NCBI GenBank assembly: GCA_010909165.1
Contig: VJWM01000144.1
Coordinates: 554,965-618,964 of the forward strand
Length of the DNA: 64,000 bases
Source: Anthoceros angustus
Taxonomy: Eukaryota; Plantae; Anthocerotophyta
Direction of reading: 5' to 3'
Part shown: positions 57,801 through 64,000 of the stretch, one piece after another
Layout of the letters: each line of letters begins with the position of its first letter
Position numbering within the stretch: position 1 is the first letter of the stretch
The notes under the pieces: model-generated
Told to the model about the DNA's origin: nothing
Seen by the model: only the letters and a program-made list of their open reading frames with translations
Database searches by the model: none
Made by a program: the position numbers and the translations under genes

Positions 57801-60612
57801 GCTAAATTGGTCTACTTAAGATAACCTTAGTAATCCAATATTCTATTCTAAGTCTAAGTCAATCATCCTCAATCTCAACATATAGCCCCATCCTCTCCTT
57901 CATACATAGTTGAGGTGCTCTAGAAAATAATATTAAAATATTAAATAATATTTTGCTAATTAAAACTTTTCATATTTTCTTAACCTCAAGAATACTCACG
58001 ATAGACATGGATCATATGCCGGAAATTCTTCACAAACATACATACATATATGTATCTTAGTTTCGGCAAACATAGGAGCATGGAGTCGGCCCTCTCCCTT
58101 TCATATTAGTGATTATATAGATGAGCTTCACATCATCACCCTTGGGATATATGCCGGGTTTCCAATCCTATGTTTCCTATTCTATGTCTTCTTCTAAAAA
58201 GAAACCTAAAAATGGGCAAGTTTTAGCAAGAGAAAATAAGTTAGAACACCTTTTTAGAGTCACAAAAGCATGTCTACCTTTTCATTTTTCTCATTTTCTT
58301 CATTTCATTTCATTTTCCTTTTTCCCATAATTTTCCATACATAAATCTGCGAAAATAGTATCAGAAAATTCATCACAATTAATATTTTGAACTGGAAAAT
58401 GGTCATTTGAAGATGCCCACAAACGGCTTACTCAGGTGCCTCTCCTCATGACAAAGGGGGGCATCTGCCCAAGGTGCCTCCCTTCACGACGGGGGAATGC
58501 CTATACCATGCTATCTTACTTGAGATTTCACTCCCTTCATCGCAGGCGGGAAGCCCTTCAATGAAGATTCTTCCGAGGCACTTGTATCGATAAGAGAACA
58601 ATCTGGCGATTTCTTCTCCACAATGAATCCCTCGACGATCTCTCACCGACACAACCGTGGTGACGACATGCCGCAGCTTGGAGCAGGCTTGGGATTAGCG
58701 GCGAGCACTTTTGACAAATTGAGACAAGACATGGGGCAACATCTTTCCAATTTGGTGAGTACTCTCCGCAGCACTCACACATCAATTGGCGACCTCCAAC
58801 AAATTCCACCTCTCCCGGTGACTTCAACCTCTACACGAGCTCGGACCACTTCCACAAAATGGTGGGCTCTCACAAAGGTTGGAATCCATTTAGAGGCGGT
58901 GAGGATCACGGTCTTGCGAGGGCGCGCTCTTGAGATCCCTCCGGCGCTCCTCCCACTTCTTTCTGCACGGTGGCGTTCACCTCCTTGCGGCGCCGCCCAC
59001 GACCGCAGTGCACATGGGCGGGCGCCGGCGCGCGCCCGGTGGCGCGCCCCTCCGGCCTTCCGCACCGCTGGTCATGCCGCCAGTTCTTTGTGTTCATGAG
59101 GGCGGGAGGCGGGAGCGCGCGGGAGCGGGAGGAATAAAACCGTATGGGGAGGTACATTATGCCCCATGGCATCTGGACCATCATATGGCGGGCTCATTAA
59201 TGGGTTTTCACTTTTTACCTCTTTCAAGTTTTTCTTTAACTTTTACCTATGGTTTTTACTAAGATTAACCTAGTTTAAGTTTTACTTTTATCTTTTACCT
59301 TGTTTAGGAATTTACCATTTTAATTAAGTTTTGGTAATTAATTTTGATTACATTAAATTCTGCTTAAATGTAACTTAAGCCAGTTTTTAATTGTTTTCTT
59401 AGTTGGATAGCTTTCAAGTTAGTGGGAGCTAACTAGCCTTTTTAGTCTCATTTGAAGCTATTTCTTCACACCTAGTTCATAGTGAGTGGGAGTGATGAAA
59501 TATGACCTATTTAGGGCACTCTTCACTAGGGCACCTAAGGCTATTAATTAATTTAGTTCTTAGGGCTTTAGGTAGTTTAATGAGTAGTTAGTTGTTACAA
59601 CCACTTAGAGGTTAGAACTACTTATGGTTACAACCACCTTATGGTTATAACCACCTAGCCTATATAAAGGCTTTGTACTTCTATTATAATCAATGCATAC
59701 AACTCTTTTGTGCAAAGCTTTCTACTATCTAGCATGTTTTGCTTTTCGGCGTGTGATTCTATCAGTTACTGCGAACATCTAATCTTAGTGGTAGGGCATA
59801 TGTAGACTTGAGTGCATCATCAATAGTGCTTCATGTCATGACCACCTTCTTCTTTGATAAAGGTGGCCTGCGGGCAATTTGTACTCTCTCGCTTTGAAGT
59901 CCTCGGGTAGCACAACCTTGTCAAGTCCTTCACCATGTCTTCCTCGTTTTCCGTGGTTGAAGGAGGGGTCTTTAGGATGTAGTCTGGACTTCTTGATCGG
60001 CTCCGGTGAAATTCTCTTCCCTTTAGCTTTAGCTAGCAACCCTTGCCAGTATCTGGCGCCACCTCTGTCGGCCACTCACCAGGGTTCGCCCGGATGCTAG
60101 GACATGGCGGCGGATCAATAGCCATGCGGTCACGCTGCGTCTCCCCTTTGCACTCCGGGTGATTCTCTAGCTATGGTCCGAGGCAAATGCAGGTGGCGGG
60201 AGCATTTGCGGCAACATCGAGGGGTCCACTGTGGCTGGCGCTCTCAAATTCTGTCAAGTCTATGGGTGTTGCACGAGAGCTGGCCATTTAATTTTGAGCA
60301 CAAGCGTAGCAGTGCGTGGGCGTTGAGCTAAAGGCGCATCACGAACATCGCCGTACAAGTTCCAGATTTGTTTGGCTTATGCACTGCTTGCGGACCTCGT
60401 GGTTATGGTCGTATATCCAATGAGAGGGGGTGTTGGATAATATTAATTATTAGTTAAGCTACATTGAATATACCTAGGGCACTCTTTGGTAAACCCTAGA
60501 AAGGAGTTATTACAACCGTTTCACGGGACATAAATATATGTTCCTTGTGACCTTTTTAAGAATATTGCTCTAGTGCGTAGATTTACGATTCTGCGTGAAC
60601 TTATAAGCGGGC
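48847..60612 (+). mobile_element. Copia-derived non-autonomous element B: LTRs 48847-49040 and 60431-60612, PBS-iMet, gag fragment only, TSD GAAAC
   Basis: TGTTGGATAATATT... LTRs; TGGTATCAGA PBS at 49041; PPT gagagggggg at 60422; gag LNPNNFDAWSFRV..LEEKLLMEVVDGS; GAAAC at 48842-48846 and 60613-60617. Confidence 0.8.
51658..59764 (+). mobile_element. Full-length Ty1/Copia element C: LTRs 51658-51931 and 59493-59764, gag-PR-IN-RT-RH (frameshift-ridden)
   Basis: Near-identical ~272-bp TG..CA LTRs; PBS TGGTATCGAGC at 51932; PPT agtgagtgggag; CNWCRIPNHMEKDC, LRSDNGGEF, KWVFKIK..DGSIERYKARLV, RTKHI; TSD gttct/gtt(a)ct. Confidence 0.9.
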
Positions 60613-62119
60613 GAAACAAATGAGTGCCATGAGTGATGCTCCTATCTAGTAGAGCGTGGCTCCCTCATGTCTGCTTGTCTCTTGAGGCAATCACATTGGT
60701 GATGCCCAGGCTGCAAGCAGTAGAAGCAATTCCCTATCCGCTTGTCATTAGGGTGAGTGGCTAGGGGGTTGCCCCTACTGGATCCTCTAGAGTACTGCTC
60801 TTGATAAGGGCCAGTCCTACCGCGGGTGAAGAGAGCGAGATCTCTGGGGCTGCAGTGTGGGCCGCCTTCCACTGTTGCTCCTCTTATTTCAACCGCGAGA
60901 TAGTCTCGTCCAACGGCCTTGGATTCATAGTTTGTGTCATTACCAATGCTGACCATGAAGGGGGCATGCACTACAGCATTTGCACAGAAGAATTGTGGTT
61001 AGACACGGTGGTGCCCGCCAACTCCACTGAATCCTTGAGGTTCATGAACTTGTTCGCAAACTGCTCGACCAATTCATTCTCTGACATACGGAGGTTGTAC
61101 AACTCCCATGTCAGGTAGCCTTATTTACGGCGTTGTCGAAGACATACTTCTTCTTCAAGATGTCCCAAACTTCTTGGAGGTGGGAAGATGCCGAACCACG
61201 CTCAGCTGATCATCCTTCATATAGAGCAAGATGTTTGCTCTTGCCCTTTGATCTTTTGAGTCCTATTCAAACTTGCTTCCTAAACCCGTCACAGGGATAT
61301 GGACGACTGTTCCGAGCACCTGCACCTTGCTATGGTGGCTAAGGTCCGGTGTGGCCGAATCCGAGTCGCCTATGGCCACCGGATGCTAATTTCCCTGAGC
61401 GCCTCCTGCAGACCGCCAATGTGTGGATGCTTTGGAATTAAACAATCTTCAGACCATCAATGCGACTGAATTCTGGGGCTAGGACATTTGCATCTCGTGA
61501 GCTTTCAATTTCTCTGCACTAGAGTACGCAATCCTGGGCGGAATTGTGGTTGTTGCAGTCGCTAGGACATTGTGCGCTTTGAGCGATCTAGCACGCTAGG
61601 TGTACCTTATGTAGGCGACGAGATTGCACGCAGGATTGTTGCTTTCTAGCCATGGTCGCTTGAACTTGGCAAATTGCGGGCTTGGAATACTGTAGGTTAA
61701 CAGTGAAGGGGCCGAATGCCCCTGACTATTTGGAGAATCATGTTTTCAAGGGGGCCCGAATTGGGCATCTATAGATATCTCCACCTCGAACATGAAACTA
61801 AGTTGATCTAAGCATGCCGCCGTGCCAACTGTTTATTTCTTGGCGATACTTCCGTTTTAAAGAACACATGGCACGCGAGATAGACATCCAGCTACACCGC
61901 CATATGCTTTTGCACCGGCATGATCGAGCAATCCTTGGGATACGCACAGCCTCGTCAAGGGTTGCGGGGCATTCAACTAGCAGCGTAGCACATCGCAACT
62001 CTCACACTCTGCCCAGTTGAGTTTTGATTCTAGATCTGTCACGCGGCGTGGGCAAAATTGTTGGAAATTTTGAATTGCGTACAAAAAGGGAGAAGTACTT
62101 GCAGTTAAGGCACAATCAC

Positions 62120-62435
62120 ATGGCGCCTGCACCTGTAGCAGCAGTGGCTGTGGCAGCAATGTTATGTGTTTACAGCATTGCGATTGGACTCATCAGCGGA
62201 GTGAACGGCCAAGAAATAGACGAGAAGATTCTGGACCAAGCGGTGCACTGGCGACGGGTGAGGAGCTGAAGCCGAGGAACGTCCACTCGTTTCTAATGCA
62301 AGATGACTAGAACTTGGTGCTGAGGCACACCGACGTGGGTAAGTTGTGGGAGTCCGGCATAGCCGGCACAGGCATAAATTGCCTCTTTGTCATTCAGGCC
62401 AACGGTAACGTTGTCATCTACAAGGAATACCATAA
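62120..62435 (+). pseudogene. GNA lectin pseudogene (lectin 5, plus-strand type, paralog of lectin 2)
   Basis: MAPAPVAAVAVAAMLCVYSIAIGLISGVNGQ, then a frameshift, then FLMQDD*NLVLRHTDVGKLWESG...IQANGNVVIYK; 3' truncated. Confidence 0.82.
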
Positions 62436-62949
62436 TATTTGAACCGGCGGATTATACATCAAGCGGCTTTATGCATGTTTATACACTTTTCCATATGTTT
62501 CTTAACTTATATCGTCAAGTATAAATTTATAAGCTGTTGTTTTTTAAAGGTAGAAAGAGGTGCAACCCAAACTACCATTAATCATGGGAAGTTGGGCGTC
62601 TTCATGCCGTCAACCAACTTCCCAAACTACATTTACTATGGGTGATGGGCACCGACATTACACAATCAAGCTTCCTTCAAAGGCCTCCACCTTCAACATC
62701 TATAGCACTCATGTACAAGATGGCCTTCTGATATCCGCTCCAAATTTTTTGATCTCTTGGACTCAAGCATTATTCAACTTAGTCCGACGACAATACAATT
62801 TCTTCATGTATTGGCCTGCAAAAGAGCTGCCATTGACTACTAGCACCTTTGTTTGGTTTGCGGGTACAACGAATCCCACAACCACTGTGGACTCCCGGGA
62901 GTCTCATGTAGGAGGAGAAGGGGGGCATCATTAATGGATTTACCGAAGG

Positions 62950-63698
62950 ACCATGGGCGACTTGACGACGGCCAGACAATCCATGTCGTTGTCCCAAGAG
63001 AATGATATGTTCGTTGACGCGTTTTCAGCGATTCTTATCTCAGCGTCGTGACGTTTGACGGCGTCTGCAGCTTCACTAACTTCTCTTAACGGCCACCAGC
63101 AAAGTCCCGGTGTGGCCAAGCGTTTAAGGACTCTCGCGCATACCCTCGATCATCTGCTCCTCGTTTGTTTAGTCCGTTCTCCTCACCACTCTCGACACTG
63201 GCGTGACTTTTGTCGATGGCCAGCGCGCACAATCCGTCGTTGCTAGAAGTCCGCTTCCCAAAGGAATGATAGCGTTTACGCGTTTGTGTGATTCTTACCG
63301 TCCTTAGCGCTGCTTGCCTCAAGACACACACATACTCCTAACTACTCACAACGCTCAGACAGTCTTGGATGGCTAAACGTTAGGATTCACCCAGACGCTC
63401 ACATACATCCTTCACGCATCCTTTCCTCTCACGCTTACACCTTCGCCTTAGAAAAGACGCTGGTTACAGCACCGACCTCCGCTGCTCCGGCCTCCGTCCG
63501 GCTCTACACACCCTCCCGAGTTCCTCCACGCGCTCAGCCTGCTCGGCCGGCCGCTGCTCCGGACGAGCACGATCACCGCCACCCTTCCCCGCACACACCA
63601 CAACGCTAAGTCCGCCACCGGACCTTGATCAATCTCCCGAGTCCGTGCGCGCTGACTGTGACTCACGTTAGCAAGAAGACTCACAAAATTGGGCACAT
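62950..63698. mobile_element. Putative solo or partial LTR related to 42130-42710
   Basis: Colinear similarity with 42190-42700; ends ...aattgggcaca. Confidence 0.5.
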
Positions 63699-64000
63699 GC
63701 ATAAAGACTTGACCATACTAGTTACTTGGGCTGCCCAAGTGCACATTGCGACCAGTTCATGATCTGGGGCTCCAACGTCGATGTCGTCCTCGTGCCTCTC
63801 CTCTTAGGAATGGTTGCAGTCAGGTGATCACATCCTTGGGATGTTTGGAACCCAGCGCATCTTATGGCTTCCCCGCCACCTTCATGATGGCCTTGGTTTG
63901 GCGTTCCGTCTTCCTTGGATCGCCTTGCGCTCAATCCCCAAGGCAGGTTAACGGTGCCTTCTCCACCTTCTCCCGGTGGTGTCTTGATTGTACTAGGGTG

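Larger units (their letters stand above)
48040..61380 (-). mobile_element. Ty1/Copia element A (degenerate host of the nest): gag zinc knuckle at ~60650-60750, protease at 48330-48830, PPT at 48090-48099
   Basis: CFYCLQPGHHQCDC; WFVDTSATHHM...VLYVSHLSRNILFIGQ; AGAGGGGGAG PPT followed by TATTGGAAT. The 5' LTR was not identified. Confidence 0.7.

Overview
Eukaryotic, land-plant nuclear DNA. The short (~100 nt) introns, dense gene packing and a PPR-DYW:KP gene point to a hornwort-like, or at least seed-free, lineage; this is an inference. The left half (1-26 kb) is gene-rich: a 2-exon membrane protein gene, a giant PLS-PPR with a DYW:KP deaminase (the class linked to reverse U-to-C organellar editing), a convergent PLS-PPR E+ gene, PPR relics, a U6 snRNA with TATA/USE, an aldo-keto reductase fragment, a CRE-like (RLE) non-LTR retroelement, a MORN-repeat PIP5K and an NAD(P)H:quinone reductase. 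At 28.5-36.4 kb a LINE is split by a 3.9-kb DNA element with CACTA-like ends and TTTACAAC subterminal repeats but a Harbinger/HARBI1-type transposase. From 37.7 to 62.4 kb there is an array of head-to-head GNA (bulb-type) mannose-lectin gene pairs with tRNA-Leu and a tRNA-His pseudogene. The last pair is pushed ~20 kb apart by a multi-level nest of LTR retrotransposons. Sequence quality from 44 to 61 kb looks poor (indel-rich tandem duplications). All calls were made by eye; no searches were run.
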